Positions 43,593-53,859 of a stretch of 64,000 bases of DNA are shown one piece after another. Each line of letters opens with the position of its first letter. Positions within the stretch are counted from its first letter, which is position 1. The translations under genes and the position numbers were made by a program. The notes under the pieces were generated by a model, which searched no databases, was not told where the DNA came from, and saw only the letters and a program-made list of their open reading frames with translations. The stretch covers positions 1 to 64,000 of IMG/VR virus record IMGVR_UViG_3300049855_000348; one strand, written 5' to 3'.

Positions 43593-44246
43593 ATGGACTT
43601 CATCGGCTTCGTCAATCGTCTGAACGAAGGTTTCGTCAGCGTCCCCAAGCAGCCATGGAAGACCAAGGAAGAAGCCCTGGCCCTGGCTGAGAAGGCGCTG
43701 CCGGCCTTCCGTCGTATCCTGATGAAGGCTGCGCCGGCTGATTCCGTGGTGAAGTACGCCATCAAGCCATCAGAGTCGATTGATGACAAACTCCAACGCT
43801 GGAAGCCTGCCGGTCGTGGTATCGACACCATGTTCGACATGCTGCGTGGTGCCATCCTGGTCCGTGACGGTGAGGAGATCCAGGACACCATTCATCGCCT
43901 GAGCCGTGGGCCAGTGGTCGCCAAGTTCGAGCACAAGGATGAGCCGAAGGATGCTCTGGGCTACTACGGCAGCTACCACATCGACCTGTACCTGCCTGAG
44001 TTCAAGGTGGTGGCTGAGGTCCAGGTGATGACCAAGAAACTCTGGGCGTACAAGAAAGAGGCGCACCGGATCTACAAGGAGCAGCGCGGTAAACCTCAGA
44101 TCGACCCTGCTGCTGCGAGCAAGTCACGGGAACTCTACCGTGTCGGCAACACGCCGAAGAAACTTACTGCGCAGAAGCCTGAGAAAGCCGATCGCGCAAT
44201 GCTGCAAGCTGCCCGTAGAGGCGAGCACCCGGACCTATCTGATTGA
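43593..44246 (+). CDS. RelA/SpoT-like nucleotidyltransferase (small alarmone synthetase fold)
   Basis: K..ESI.DK..R, D..R..I, GYYGSYH, AEVQVMT. Confidence 0.75.
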   Translation: MDFIGFVNRLNEGFVSVPKQPWKTKEEALALAEKALPAFRRILMKAAPADSVVKYAIKPSESIDDKLQRWKPAGRGIDTMFDMLRGAILVRDGEEIQDTIHRLSRGPVVAKFEHKDEPKDALGYYGSYHIDLYLPEFKVVAEVQVMTKKLWAYKKEAHRIYKEQRGKPQIDPAAASKSRELYRVGNTPKKLTAQKPEKADRAMLQAARRGEHPDLSD

Positions 44247-44757
44247 TGCCAGCCTTGCGGGATGCCAGCAGCAAAGCCTCGGCACCTTGAAGGTAGTTCT
44301 TCACCCATTCTGGCTTCATGGTCTTCGACCCGTCCAGTAGGTTGTCGTAGCGATCGGCGAGCTTGATCAGCACCGCATCCAACGACTTGCCCGAGAAGCC
44401 AGCGATGTAGGCGTTCTTGTCCTTGGTCCCCGGAGGCTTGGTCAGTTCACGCACCAGCTTTTGCACCCGTTCAGGGAACTCGGAGATGTCAGCCTTGGTG
44501 TCTTCGAGCACGTCGTGGAGGTAAGCCGCTGCCAGCACCTCTTTGTCCACCACACCAGCGTTCTGGAGGATCTTCACTACCCGTTCAGGGTGGACGATGT
44601 AGGGGTTCTTCCCATCCTTCCGGATCTGACCTTCGTGGGCGATGGTGGCGAATGAGCGAGCGTGTTCCAGCAGGTCGCGTTGACCATTGCCAGCGATGTG
44701 GTCCATCACATCGTGGTCATCGTTCGAGAGGGCTTCGCAGAGGATCTTCTTTTTCAT
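44164..44757 (-). CDS. Mesh1/SAH-like HD hydrolase
   Basis: AH.GQ.RK.G..PY..HP, AAYLHDVLEDT, V.ELT, IKLADR.DNL. Confidence 0.88.
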   Translation of the reverse strand: MKKKILCEALSNDDHDVMDHIAGNGQRDLLEHARSFATIAHEGQIRKDGKNPYIVHPERVVKILQNAGVVDKEVLAAAYLHDVLEDTKADISEFPERVQKLVRELTKPPGTKDKNAYIAGFSGKSLDAVLIKLADRYDNLLDGSKTMKPEWVKNYLQGAEALLLASRKAGINQIGPGARLYGQLAALRDRLSQASAQ

Positions 44758-44766
44758 GTTGTCCTT

Positions 44767-44794
44767 ATGATAGCGTTAGTTTTGTCTAAGTCAA
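44767..44794 (-). promoter_or_regulatory. Class I promoter
   Basis: TTGACT-N16-TATCAT. Confidence 0.8.
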
Positions 44795-44836
44795 CCTTTT
44801 GATCGACGTTCTTGCGTCTACCAAAATAGCGATAGA

Positions 44837-47800
44837 GTGATCGCCATGCCGACCCTTTCCTTGCATTCCCATACTGTCTACTCCCAACGTGACTCGATCG
44901 TAAAGCCTGATGCAATAGCTACCAAGATCAAAGCCAACGGCGGGACGCACTACGCCGTTACCGACCACGGCACTGCCCAGGGCTGGCTGGCCGTCCGTGA
45001 TGCCTGCAAGAAGGCCAAGTTGATCCCGATCTATGGGGTCGAGCTTTACGTCAACGACTTCATCCTCGTTTTCAAGGAGATCCAACGACTCCGTGATGCC
45101 GCCCCCAAGAAGGAAGCCCCACAGGTCGTATTGCAGGCGATCAGGGACAAGATCCTGCCTCTGATGTCCCCAGCACAGGCCACCTACTTCACGTCGAACC
45201 TGGACGATCCCAAGGACCCTGTCGCAACCGCCAAGCAACTGATGATGCGCCTGGGCTACGGCTACGAGCATCTGGTGGCTGTGGCCGTCACCGCCCAAGG
45301 CCGGGAGAACTTGATCCGCCTACACAACAAGGGGCAGACCGACGGCAACTACTTCAAGCCGCAGGTGACCACCGACCAATGCCTTGCCGCTGCTGAGGGC
45401 ATCATTTGGACGACCGCCTGCATGGGTGGTCCGATCGCCAAACGTTTCCGCTACGACCCGACTGGCCAGGAGGCGCTGAATTACCTCAACCGCTGGCAGG
45501 CACACAAGGCGAACTTCTACCTGGAGGTCCAGCCGCTCGACCTACTCGACCAACGCCGGAACAACAAGCGCCTGATCGCTGTCTCCAAGGTGACCGGCTT
45601 CCCGCTGGTCCTGTCACAGGACAACCACCACCTGAACGAAGAGGACTGGGTTGCTCACCGTGCGCTGATGCTCTCTCAGAACGACCGTACGATCGAACAG
45701 ATCGAAGAGACCTATGCCTACCAGGGGAGCCTTTTCACCTTCACCGAACTGAAGCGCAAGCTCGGCGTCTCCACCACGTGGCAAGCGCAGGAGATCATCG
45801 AGAACGAAAAGATCGAAGTGAGGATCCCGGCTGGTCACCACTACGGGGATGTGAAGCTCCACTGGCGTACCAATGACGATGTCCGCAAACAGTGTGAGAC
45901 CACCAACCCTGAGTTGATGCCGATCATCGACGAATGCTTCGCCACCACCGATCGACTCTGCCAGGAGATCAAAGAGATCCCCTGGTCAACCAAGCATCGC
46001 CTGACGCACTATGACGACGCCAGGGCACAAGCGTTGGCAATCTGCCATCAGCGTCTGAAGGACCTTGGCTTCGATCGTGAGACCGTCAACGATGGTACTG
46101 TGGTTGTCACTGAAGGTGAAAAGCCGTCAGAGATCAAGGCCAAGTATCTCGCTTGGTTGGAGAAGGAAGACAAGGTTATCACCGCCTGTGGATTCTGGGA
46201 TTACATCTGGACGCTCTATCGAGTGACCAAGGCTGTGCAGGACGAAGGTATCCCAGTCGGCTACGCTCGTGGCTCTGGCGGTGGTTGTCTCGTGATGTTC
46301 CTCCTTGGTATCATCCGTGTGAACCCAGTGAAGTATGGTCTGTACTTCGAGCGATTCCTGAACCCGGCTCGTCTCGGTTTGGATCCGAAAACCTTGAAGC
46401 GTGTGAAGGAGATGGCGTCCTGCCCTGACGCTGACCTGGACTTCTCATCGATCAGTCGCAAGCGGGTCATCGAGATCACCGAACAGATGTTCGGCAAGGA
46501 GTTCGTGGTTCCTGTTGGAACCGTCGGCGAAGCGAAACTCAAGACCGCCATGGCCGATCTGTGCCGCGTACTCAAGATCACGCAGGCTACCTACATGCCG
46601 GTCTCGAAGGAACTGCCTGAAGACATCAATGGCGTCATGACCTTCGAGGATGCGATGAAGGTGCCGGCATTCGCCGAGTTCATCGCCAAGCATGAACTCC
46701 TGTCCAAGCTGTTGGCTCCGCTCATCGGTGTGATCCGTTCTACTGGTCAACACGCTGGCGGTGTCTGCATCGCCGACGTTCCGGTTGCCAATGCTGTGCC
46801 GGTGATCCGTGCTGGTGCCAAGGATGGTGGCAACATTGTCACCGGCTTCGGTGAGTCTGGTGCTGAGCGTGCTCTTGAATCCATCGGCTTCGTGAAGTTC
46901 GACTTCTTGGCTACTGATACTGTCGACCATGTCTCTTTGTGTGCCCGTTCGCTCTACGAAGAACATCTGGCCAACGGCGGTCAGCCGTGGGTGAAGCCTG
47001 GGGAAATTCTGCTCTACCCTGAGCAAATCCCACACTTCACCGAGAACGATCCCAACGTGATGAAGGCGATCTTCCATACCGGCAACACCGACGGCATCTT
47101 CCAGATGGAAGAACAGATCGGTAAGCAGATGGTGCAGTTGGTGAAGCCAGACACCGTCGATGAAATCTCCGACATCAGCACCATGATCCGTCCTGGTTGT
47201 TTGCAGGCGCATTGTACGTGGTTCACCAATGCCACCGGTGCGGTTGAGAACAAAGTCGGCAGTGGTCTCCACTTCGCTTACGCTGCTCGTAAGTTCGAGC
47301 GTGAACTCAACCCACCACCAGATCTACCTCAGGAAATCTTGGAGGTCTTGAAGCCAACGCACTACTGCTGCATCTACCAGGAACAGATGATGTTCCTGAT
47401 TGAGATCGTCACTGGTGGCAAGATGTCACTCGGTGAAGGTGACATCTACCGTCGTGCCGTCGAGCACTCGGCGAAGGGTGTTCCGGCAGCAATCGAGACG
47501 CTGGCCAAGATGGAAGGCGAGATGAAGGCTGCCGGTGCCTACTCACCGGACATCGTCGAGACTGTCTGCACGATCATCAAGGGTGGTGCGGCCTACTCAT
47601 TCAATAAAGCACACTCGCTGTCCTACTCGCTCTTCAGCTACGGTCAGGCGTGGTTCAAGCATTACTACCCGCACATCTTCCTGGCCAGTCACGTGAGTCT
47701 GCTCGCAGCGAAGAACAAGCTGGAGAAGGCTCACAAGATCATCAACAACGGTCGCTCGATGGGTATCGAGATCAAAGCACCACACGTCCTCCACTCGAAA

Positions 47801-48601
47801 GAGAAGGCAACGTGGGGCGCAGACAAGAAGACAATCTTCCTTCCGTTCACCACCGTCAAAGGTGTGAAGGATGAAACCGCTCTGGCAATCCCTAGACTCG
47901 CTCAGGGCTGCACCACCGTTCTCGATTTCATGCTCAAGGCTCGGAAGGATCCGGCGATCAAGAAGAATCATCTGATCGACCTCGCTCGCATCGGCGGCTT
48001 CGATGGTATGGACAATGTTCCGCGCCTCAAAACGGTTGCTGCGATCACTTACTGTCTTGCTCGTGTGACGGCTAAACAAAGCGATCAGATCTTCACCGAG
48101 TTCTGGAATCAGGCTCTGGCATTCACGTGCCTTGGCGAGATCACCAACGAACGAAAGTCACAGATCGAAGTGGAGGTGTTCGGTTCGTTCATCAACGAGT
48201 CACCACTCGACCGTATGCTGCCATGGCTCCACGAGAACGGCTGGCAACCCATGTCCCAGATCGTGCCAGAGAAGGATCAGGAATTCCCGGTGTTCTTCCT
48301 CACCACCGGTGTGACGAAGAAGGTCCACAAGACCGGCAACAGCAAGGGTAAGGAATGGCTCAAGCTGACATGCTGGGATGGTGAGGGCGTCTGCGAACTC
48401 AACATCTGGGCTCATGACCTCCAGGGAACTCCCGAGGAGGGCATCGTCGGCTACCACGGAATCATCAAGCCGAACCAAGTCTATTTGGCCATCATCCAAG
48501 CCGACGGGGAGCGCCCGGTCTCCTTGGCTCGACGCAAGGTCTACAACGCACGGGTTCCTGAGATCCGGACGACATTGGCGATCAAAAACCTGGGTAGCTA
48601 G
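44837..48601 (+). CDS. dnaE: DNA polymerase III alpha subunit
   Basis: PHP domain (LHSHT.YS..D, TDHG, GVE), RGSG, FERFLNP.R, PD.D.DF, HAGG, KFDFL, FNKAH. Confidence 0.95.
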   Translation: MIAMPTLSLHSHTVYSQRDSIVKPDAIATKIKANGGTHYAVTDHGTAQGWLAVRDACKKAKLIPIYGVELYVNDFILVFKEIQRLRDAAPKKEAPQVVLQAIRDKILPLMSPAQATYFTSNLDDPKDPVATAKQLMMRLGYGYEHLVAVAVTAQGRENLIRLHNKGQTDGNYFKPQVTTDQCLAAAEGIIWTTACMGGPIAKRFRYDPTGQEALNYLNRWQAHKANFYLEVQPLDLLDQRRNNKRLIAVSKVTGFPLVLSQDNHHLNEEDWVAHRALMLSQNDRTIEQIEETYAYQGSLFTFTELKRKLGVSTTWQAQEIIENEKIEVRIPAGHHYGDVKLHWRTNDDVRKQCETTNPELMPIIDECFATTDRLCQEIKEIPWSTKHRLTHYDDARAQALAICHQRLKDLGFDRETVNDGTVVVTEGEKPSEIKAKYLAWLEKEDKVITACGFWDYIWTLYRVTKAVQDEGIPVGYARGSGGGCLVMFLLGIIRVNPVKYGLYFERFLNPARLGLDPKTLKRVKEMASCPDADLDFSSISRKRVIEITEQMFGKEFVVPVGTVGEAKLKTAMADLCRVLKITQATYMPVSKELPEDINGVMTFEDAMKVPAFAEFIAKHELLSKLLAPLIGVIRSTGQHAGGVCIADVPVANAVPVIRAGAKDGGNIVTGFGESGAERALESIGFVKFDFLATDTVDHVSLCARSLYEEHLANGGQPWVKPGEILLYPEQIPHFTENDPNVMKAIFHTGNTDGIFQMEEQIGKQMVQLVKPDTVDEISDISTMIRPGCLQAHCTWFTNATGAVENKVGSGLHFAYAARKFERELNPPPDLPQEILEVLKPTHYCCIYQEQMMFLIEIVTGGKMSLGEGDIYRRAVEHSAKGVPAAIETLAKMEGEMKAAGAYSPDIVETVCTIIKGGAAYSFNKAHSLSYSLFSYGQAWFKHYYPHIFLASHVSLLAAKNKLEKAHKIINNGRSMGIEIKAPHVLHSKEKATWGADKKTIFLPFTTVKGVKDETALAIPRLAQGCTTVLDFMLKARKDPAIKKNHLIDLARIGGFDGMDNVPRLKTVAAITYCLARVTAKQSDQIFTEFWNQALAFTCLGEITNERKSQIEVEVFGSFINESPLDRMLPWLHENGWQPMSQIVPEKDQEFPVFFLTTGVTKKVHKTGNSKGKEWLKLTCWDGEGVCELNIWAHDLQGTPEEGIVGYHGIIKPNQVYLAIIQADGERPVSLARRKVYNARVPEIRTTLAIKNLGS

Positions 48602-48604
48602 GCC

Positions 48605-48877
48605 ATGGGATTACCAGCCGCTCGCATCGGTGACACCTACGCCATGCACACCGACATGATCCTCACCGGATCACCGAACGTGTTGGTCAACGGCAGGGGT
48701 ATTCACCGGGTGATGGACATCTTCATGTGTCCGATCGTTGGCATCGGCATGACCGTTATGGGTTCGCAGACGGTCAAAGTGAACAACCAGTTTGCCGCCC
48801 GGGTGATGGGGGTCGGTATCTGTGCCGGCCAAAACCTCATTGCTACAGGGAGCCAAGACGTATCAATCGGAGGTTGA
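48605..48877 (+). CDS. PAAR-repeat tail spike tip protein
   Basis: PAARIGD, GSPNV.VNG, AARV, GSQDV.IGG. Confidence 0.85.
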   Translation: MGLPAARIGDTYAMHTDMILTGSPNVLVNGRGIHRVMDIFMCPIVGIGMTVMGSQTVKVNNQFAARVMGVGICAGQNLIATGSQDVSIGG

Positions 48878-48901
48878 CTTAGACCAGTTGGTCGCTATAC
48901 T
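48874..48901 (+). promoter_or_regulatory. Class I promoter
   Basis: TTGACT-N16-TATACT, GTG 6 nt downstream. Confidence 0.88.
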
Positions 48902-48907
48902 CTGGGC

Positions 48908-49423
48908 GTGCTAAGATTCCACCCCATGATTGATCGAGCCATCGATCGCTTCGCCTTGGATGAGGAGTCCATTCATGGTCCTGCCCACTGGGCACGGGTC
49001 CTTGAAAACGGGATGCGAATCGCCCCCTTCACCGGTGGCGACAAGATTGTGGTGGGACTCTTCGCCATCTTCCATGACTGCTGCCGCCAGAATGACGGCA
49101 CAGACATCTACCACGGTCCCCGGGCTGCCAAGTGGGTAGCCGACATGGAGGACCTGGGTCTCGACCGGCATCAGAAGCTCGACCTGATCAAGGCGCTGGC
49201 AGGGCACACCAACAGCCTGCACACGCCCAATGTGACGGTTGCCACCTGCTGGGATGCGGATCGCCTGGACATCAGTCGCTGCGGCTTTCAGATCAACCCC
49301 ATGTTCCTGACCACGGATGCAGCCAAGAATCCCGACGTGATCGCCTGGGCTCAGAAGCGGGGCGAGTACGGTGAGGTCCCCAAGTTCGCCAACCCCTACG
49401 TTTTCAAAGGGAGCACCCCATGA
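48908..49423 (+). CDS. HD-domain phosphohydrolase
   Basis: HG..HW.RV, FHD..R, HG.R.A, H, CWDADRLD. Confidence 0.85.
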   Translation: MLRFHPMIDRAIDRFALDEESIHGPAHWARVLENGMRIAPFTGGDKIVVGLFAIFHDCCRQNDGTDIYHGPRAAKWVADMEDLGLDRHQKLDLIKALAGHTNSLHTPNVTVATCWDADRLDISRCGFQINPMFLTTDAAKNPDVIAWAQKRGEYGEVPKFANPYVFKGSTP

Positions 49424-49779
49424 GCTATAGCAACACCAACAGCGAGGGTACCAATTCGCTGGGCAACCTGCTGACCTACCTGATCACCGGCGTGGTGCTG
49501 GTCTACATCTGGAACGGCTTGGTCTGGCTCTTCTTCCGCCACTTCGGCTGGGGTTACGTGCCGATCAACCTCTGGACGCCCTTCCTCGGCTGGGTGATGC
49601 TGGTGGCCTTCGCTGCCCCCTCCCTCTTCGCCTTCCATGCCACCCTGATGCCCGATGCCATCGTAGGCTCCAGCAACCCTGCGACCTACTACGCTCACCC
49701 CAATGCATGGCTCTGGTCCTTCCTGACGGTACCCCTGATGCTGCTCTTCCTGCGGGCGTTTCCTAAAACCGATGAATGA
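49420..49779 (+). CDS. Membrane protein (three TM)
   Basis: Three hydrophobic segments. Confidence 0.7.
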   Translation: MSYSNTNSEGTNSLGNLLTYLITGVVLVYIWNGLVWLFFRHFGWGYVPINLWTPFLGWVMLVAFAAPSLFAFHATLMPDAIVGSSNPATYYAHPNAWLWSFLTVPLMLLFLRAFPKTDE

Positions 49780-49794
49780 CCACTAGATCAGGGT

Positions 49795-50148
49795 ATGAAT
49801 AACCAAGAGACCCTTCGTCACGACCCCAGCCTGGGTGAAGTCGATCCCCGCACCTATCATCTGGTTGGGTGCGTTCGCTTTGTCTGTGAGAAGATCGGCA
49901 GCAACGACCGCATCGCCCAGGCCAACCGGCTCATCTACGCCGTCGACAAGGCATGCGAGGCGTCAGGGGAGACCCGGGTAAGGGTCCACCTGACTTCGAC
50001 CCCTGGAATCGATCCCAAGGTCTCTGTGGAGGTCCGGATCCAGCCTCTGACCACCTCCGAGAAGGATGAGAAAGCCCTGTTCGAGAAGGTGGCCAAATTG
50101 TGGCCCGAGGTGCTGGCCAAGGGTGTTGGCCGTTGGGTAGCCGCCTAA
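49795..50148 (+). CDS. Hypothetical protein
   Basis: TAGATC variant upstream. Confidence 0.6.
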   Translation: MNNQETLRHDPSLGEVDPRTYHLVGCVRFVCEKIGSNDRIAQANRLIYAVDKACEASGETRVRVHLTSTPGIDPKVSVEVRIQPLTTSEKDEKALFEKVAKLWPEVLAKGVGRWVAA

Positions 50149-50173
50149 GCCTCTGCCGGCGCTAGATAAGCGC

Positions 50174-51796
50174 ATGGCTCTGGAAAACCCTCTCCACCGG
50201 ATCGACACGGCGAATATCGAGACCGAAGCCCCTGCCATCCCGTGGCAGAAGAGGGACTTCGACGGATATTCCCTCCGAAACGTACACGAACGGGCATTGG
50301 CAGATCGTGATGTGTGGTTGCTCGGTCTGATCAAGACCGTCAAGGATCACGGCGGGGCAAATGTCAGCCCACAGTTCCCGTTCACCGAGACGGCCACCAT
50401 GAAGCCGTCGCAGGCGGTGGCGCTCGACAACGTCGGCGACGTGATGGCCGGCTTCACCGTTGACCCGGCACCCCTCAAGCTCAGTACCAGCTTCCTGGCT
50501 GATCTCAAGTTGATCCTCAGCAACGAGTTCCGTGAGCCTTACATCTCAACGATGGTGCTGCGCAAGGCACTCGACACGAACACCTCCCTGGTGCAGATCT
50601 TCGTCGATCTGGAGATCAGCGCACGCTACACCGGTGACCAGCAGGACCACGTGATCCTGGCTCTCACCGGCAAAGCCTTCAACGACGTGCAGGACAACAC
50701 GAATCCGTCCTCCCGTGATGACATCGCTCTGACGTTGACCCCGCAGACCGTTGATGGTCGTGAATGGCTCAACTCCGGCGTCGTCCGCTTCGCCTTCATC
50801 GGCTCGGTTCAGAGTTCGCTCTCCACCTCATGGTCGGTTGGTCTCTACAACAACGCCATGGTCGAAGGCTTCTCGACGCTGCCGACGCTGGAACGCATCA
50901 CCTTCGCCTTCACCCGCCCGGCGACCGAACTGACGGAACTGGCCTACAACCTTCTCGGCGATCTTCAGAGCGCGGTGCCGTTCCTCGACAAGATCAAGAA
51001 CTACCCGTTCGACATCGGTGCGACGGCAGGTCAGATCCTCGCCAAGTACATCCTCGACATCAATGTCTCCGGCCCACCGGTTGCGCCGGTCTACATCAAG
51101 CGCATTCGTATCGATGGCAGCAATTACATTTTCCTGCTGGCCTACAACGAATACGATTCGCTCGGCAACTACCTCGGCACGGTGAACATCGGTGTCGCCA
51201 CGCTGACACCAACCTCGGCCAACAAGATCACTGTGTCGTCTCTGGGCTCGAACCGTGTTGCCGGCGTCTCGCCGACATGGCTCGATGAAGTCCCCACCAC
51301 CGGCACGACTGACAACTACGGCAACGGCACGCTGAAGGTAAAGTCGTACGCCGACATGGCATCGCTCTTTGCCGAACTCATCTCTGCGCCGGTGACCGTC
51401 GGAAGTCCAAGCCCAATCGATGTGAGCCCAGTCTCCCCTGAGCCGATCGTCGGTCTCTATGCTGATCCGACCATGATCGAAATGGTTGAGAGCAACAGCT
51501 ACCTCGACTCGTTGGCGCTCGACATCCAGGGAACACCAGTGTCGGTTTACAACCGGCCACTCAGTTCTTCCCATACGTCACCGAACGTTCAGGTCTCCAT
51601 CGGCGGTGTGCTGGTCAATCGCCGCACTTGCTACGGTCAAGAAGCCCTGATGCGTGACTTCTATGGCATCGCCTCGTCTGAGTCGCTGATCGACAACCCG
51701 AAGATCCCGTTGGAAGATCAATGGTATGACACCACATCAGCAACGCTGAAGGTGTACCAGTTCATCCAAGGTAAGCGTCGGTGGAGGACCCTGTGA
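50174..51796 (+). CDS. Virion structural protein (tail or fibre-associated?)
   Basis: 540 aa, TAGATA upstream, Thr/Ser-rich. Confidence 0.65.
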   Translation: MALENPLHRIDTANIETEAPAIPWQKRDFDGYSLRNVHERALADRDVWLLGLIKTVKDHGGANVSPQFPFTETATMKPSQAVALDNVGDVMAGFTVDPAPLKLSTSFLADLKLILSNEFREPYISTMVLRKALDTNTSLVQIFVDLEISARYTGDQQDHVILALTGKAFNDVQDNTNPSSRDDIALTLTPQTVDGREWLNSGVVRFAFIGSVQSSLSTSWSVGLYNNAMVEGFSTLPTLERITFAFTRPATELTELAYNLLGDLQSAVPFLDKIKNYPFDIGATAGQILAKYILDINVSGPPVAPVYIKRIRIDGSNYIFLLAYNEYDSLGNYLGTVNIGVATLTPTSANKITVSSLGSNRVAGVSPTWLDEVPTTGTTDNYGNGTLKVKSYADMASLFAELISAPVTVGSPSPIDVSPVSPEPIVGLYADPTMIEMVESNSYLDSLALDIQGTPVSVYNRPLSSSHTSPNVQVSIGGVLVNRRTCYGQEALMRDFYGIASSESLIDNPKIPLEDQWYDTTSATLKVYQFIQGKRRWRTL

Positions 51797-52761
51797 GCGA
51801 TCTGAGTTCCCTACCGGAAGTCACCCCGCTGTCTTGTCAGCGGGAACTGTCTTTCACCGAGTTCAACCGCGTCATCAGTGAACTGATGGAGCGTGACCGT
51901 GTTCTCGAAGAAGCCGTGCTCGCCTTCACTGACGAGGCATTCCTTCAGAACACCGTCAAGATGCTTCAGGCCACCGAGATCATCCTTGGATCAGATCTGA
52001 TGCAGTCTGTCATCACTGCTGGCATTCTGCCGGTGGGTGTCGACAGCTACGAGAACTTCCAGGCCGATGTGAAGCAGCGTCTGGCCAATCTCGAATTGGA
52101 GACCACGGTCACCACCGGTGATCAGGCTCCACGTTCACTGAAGAGTGTGGTCGACGGACTGGTTACTACCACACAAGCCTTTGCCACTGAGCTTGCCACC
52201 TTCGCCACTCAGCTTGAAGAGATCAAGTCGCTGACTTCTGACATCGCCGAAGTGAAGGCGACGATGGACAGTCTGGATCGTCGTGTCACCGATCTCGAAT
52301 CGTTGACGGCTGATATCGCTGACGAACTTCGCAACGCTCGCAAGGAACTGGCTACCGATCCGAGCAAGCGTCTGGTCGACAAGATCGACGCCATGGATTC
52401 GGTCAGCCGTGCTCTGCGGCAGCGTGTGGATTCTCTCACCAAGGAGATCACCGACGCCCGTTCAGCAGATCGCTACGACACCCTAGCCCAACACATCGGT
52501 GCCATCGAGTCGAACGTCGAAGCACTCCAGGAAACCCTGGAGCGCATCAAGGGCAAGGGTGCGGTCTCCGGCATCAAGGCTGGCCGCTCGATCCTGCATG
52601 GTGATGTTGAACTCATCCCAGGCAGCAACATCAGCATCACCCGTGAGCGCAATGGATTCCGCTTCGATGTCGTTGAGATCGGCACTGTGGTCGACCTCGG
52701 TGCTCCAAGCATCGACCCGAACAACTGCTGTGGACCGGGCCGCCCGACCTTCGGGAACTGA
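51793..52761 (+). CDS. Long coiled-coil structural protein
   Basis: Heptad repeats, SD GGAGG. Confidence 0.65.
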   Translation: MSDLSSLPEVTPLSCQRELSFTEFNRVISELMERDRVLEEAVLAFTDEAFLQNTVKMLQATEIILGSDLMQSVITAGILPVGVDSYENFQADVKQRLANLELETTVTTGDQAPRSLKSVVDGLVTTTQAFATELATFATQLEEIKSLTSDIAEVKATMDSLDRRVTDLESLTADIADELRNARKELATDPSKRLVDKIDAMDSVSRALRQRVDSLTKEITDARSADRYDTLAQHIGAIESNVEALQETLERIKGKGAVSGIKAGRSILHGDVELIPGSNISITRERNGFRFDVVEIGTVVDLGAPSIDPNNCCGPGRPTFGN

Positions 52762-52764
52762 TCT

Positions 52765-53856
52765 GTGCGCTTCCATCCGCAGGTGGCCAGGATCCTGAAG
52801 GAAGCCGTCGGTGAGACCAAACTCCCCGTCAAGGTCTACGCACCGAATCCAACCAGTGCTCGTGGCTTCTTCCCTGAACGCAATCACCCCAACCTGAGCA
52901 TCGAGTTCAAGCCGGTTGGCGGTGGTAAGCACATCGAGCTTGGTTCCGGTCGTGCCACCCACGTGCAGTATTCTGGTGAGCACTTCGGAGGCACTTCCAA
53001 CCAAGCCGAGTACGCCACCAAGAAGCGGTGCTTGATCATCTCAGCCATCGGCTCGAACTCTGGTGGCCGATACACGGCTGTGGCCCTCGATTACATCTCC
53101 AAGAACGGCGGCAAGCTGATGGGCGAAGGGTACTTCTCCTGGCAGGGCCAGCGGGCCAGCGGTGGTACCAACGACGAGATCATCGACCGCTTCTTCGCTA
53201 AGATGAACAGCCTGTTCGGGCTGCTCAACCATCGCATCCCAAATCGTAAGGCGGATGCTGACCTGTTCCGTGCTGCCGGTCTGGAGGTCGAGGAACAGCC
53301 CGCAGAGGCGATTCCAGACATCATCAAGGATCACCCCACCCTACTGCCAGCCACGAAGGTCCTGACGGCTCTGGGAGCCAAGCTGGACACTCCTCCTGGT
53401 ATCACCTTCGAGATCACCAAGATCCCGACTGACTTGGGCCACCAGCACGTCATCCAGAAGGCTCTGGATGACCTGAAGGATGCCAAGCTGCTCGACTACG
53501 ATCTGGCCTACCAGGGGCCGAAGATCTCGAAGATCACGATCATGAGGGAAGGTGTTGACTTAGACCGTAAGGTCGCTATAATCGAGAGCATGAGAAACCG
53601 CGACATTATCGCCACCGCCAACAAGGGAAAATACGGTAACGGTCTCAGGATCGTCTGTCAGGGCATCACCTTCGTGACGATCGAGGCGACCGATGGTAGC
53701 GGCTCGATCGCGGTGGCCGAGGGTGAGAAGGAGTTCTCGCTCTGCGACTACGAGAAGGGCGAGTTGGTCGACAAGATCCGCACGTTGGCCGGCAAGGTCA
53801 CTCGTCAGGGTATCACCGAGACTATCCGCGAGTACGCCAAGCCCATCAACGGGTGA
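52765..53856 (+). CDS. Hypothetical protein containing an internal promoter and an in-frame internal start at 53590
   Basis: Open frame through the class I promoter at 53555-53582. Confidence 0.65.
   Translation: MRFHPQVARILKEAVGETKLPVKVYAPNPTSARGFFPERNHPNLSIEFKPVGGGKHIELGSGRATHVQYSGEHFGGTSNQAEYATKKRCLIISAIGSNSGGRYTAVALDYISKNGGKLMGEGYFSWQGQRASGGTNDEIIDRFFAKMNSLFGLLNHRIPNRKADADLFRAAGLEVEEQPAEAIPDIIKDHPTLLPATKVLTALGAKLDTPPGITFEITKIPTDLGHQHVIQKALDDLKDAKLLDYDLAYQGPKISKITIMREGVDLDRKVAIIESMRNRDIIATANKGKYGNGLRIVCQGITFVTIEATDGSGSIAVAEGEKEFSLCDYEKGELVDKIRTLAGKVTRQGITETIREYAKPING
53555..53582 (+). promoter_or_regulatory. Class I promoter inside a coding frame
   Basis: TTGACT-N16-TATAAT, ATG 7 nt downstream. 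Confidence 0.85.
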
Positions 53857-53859
53857 GCC

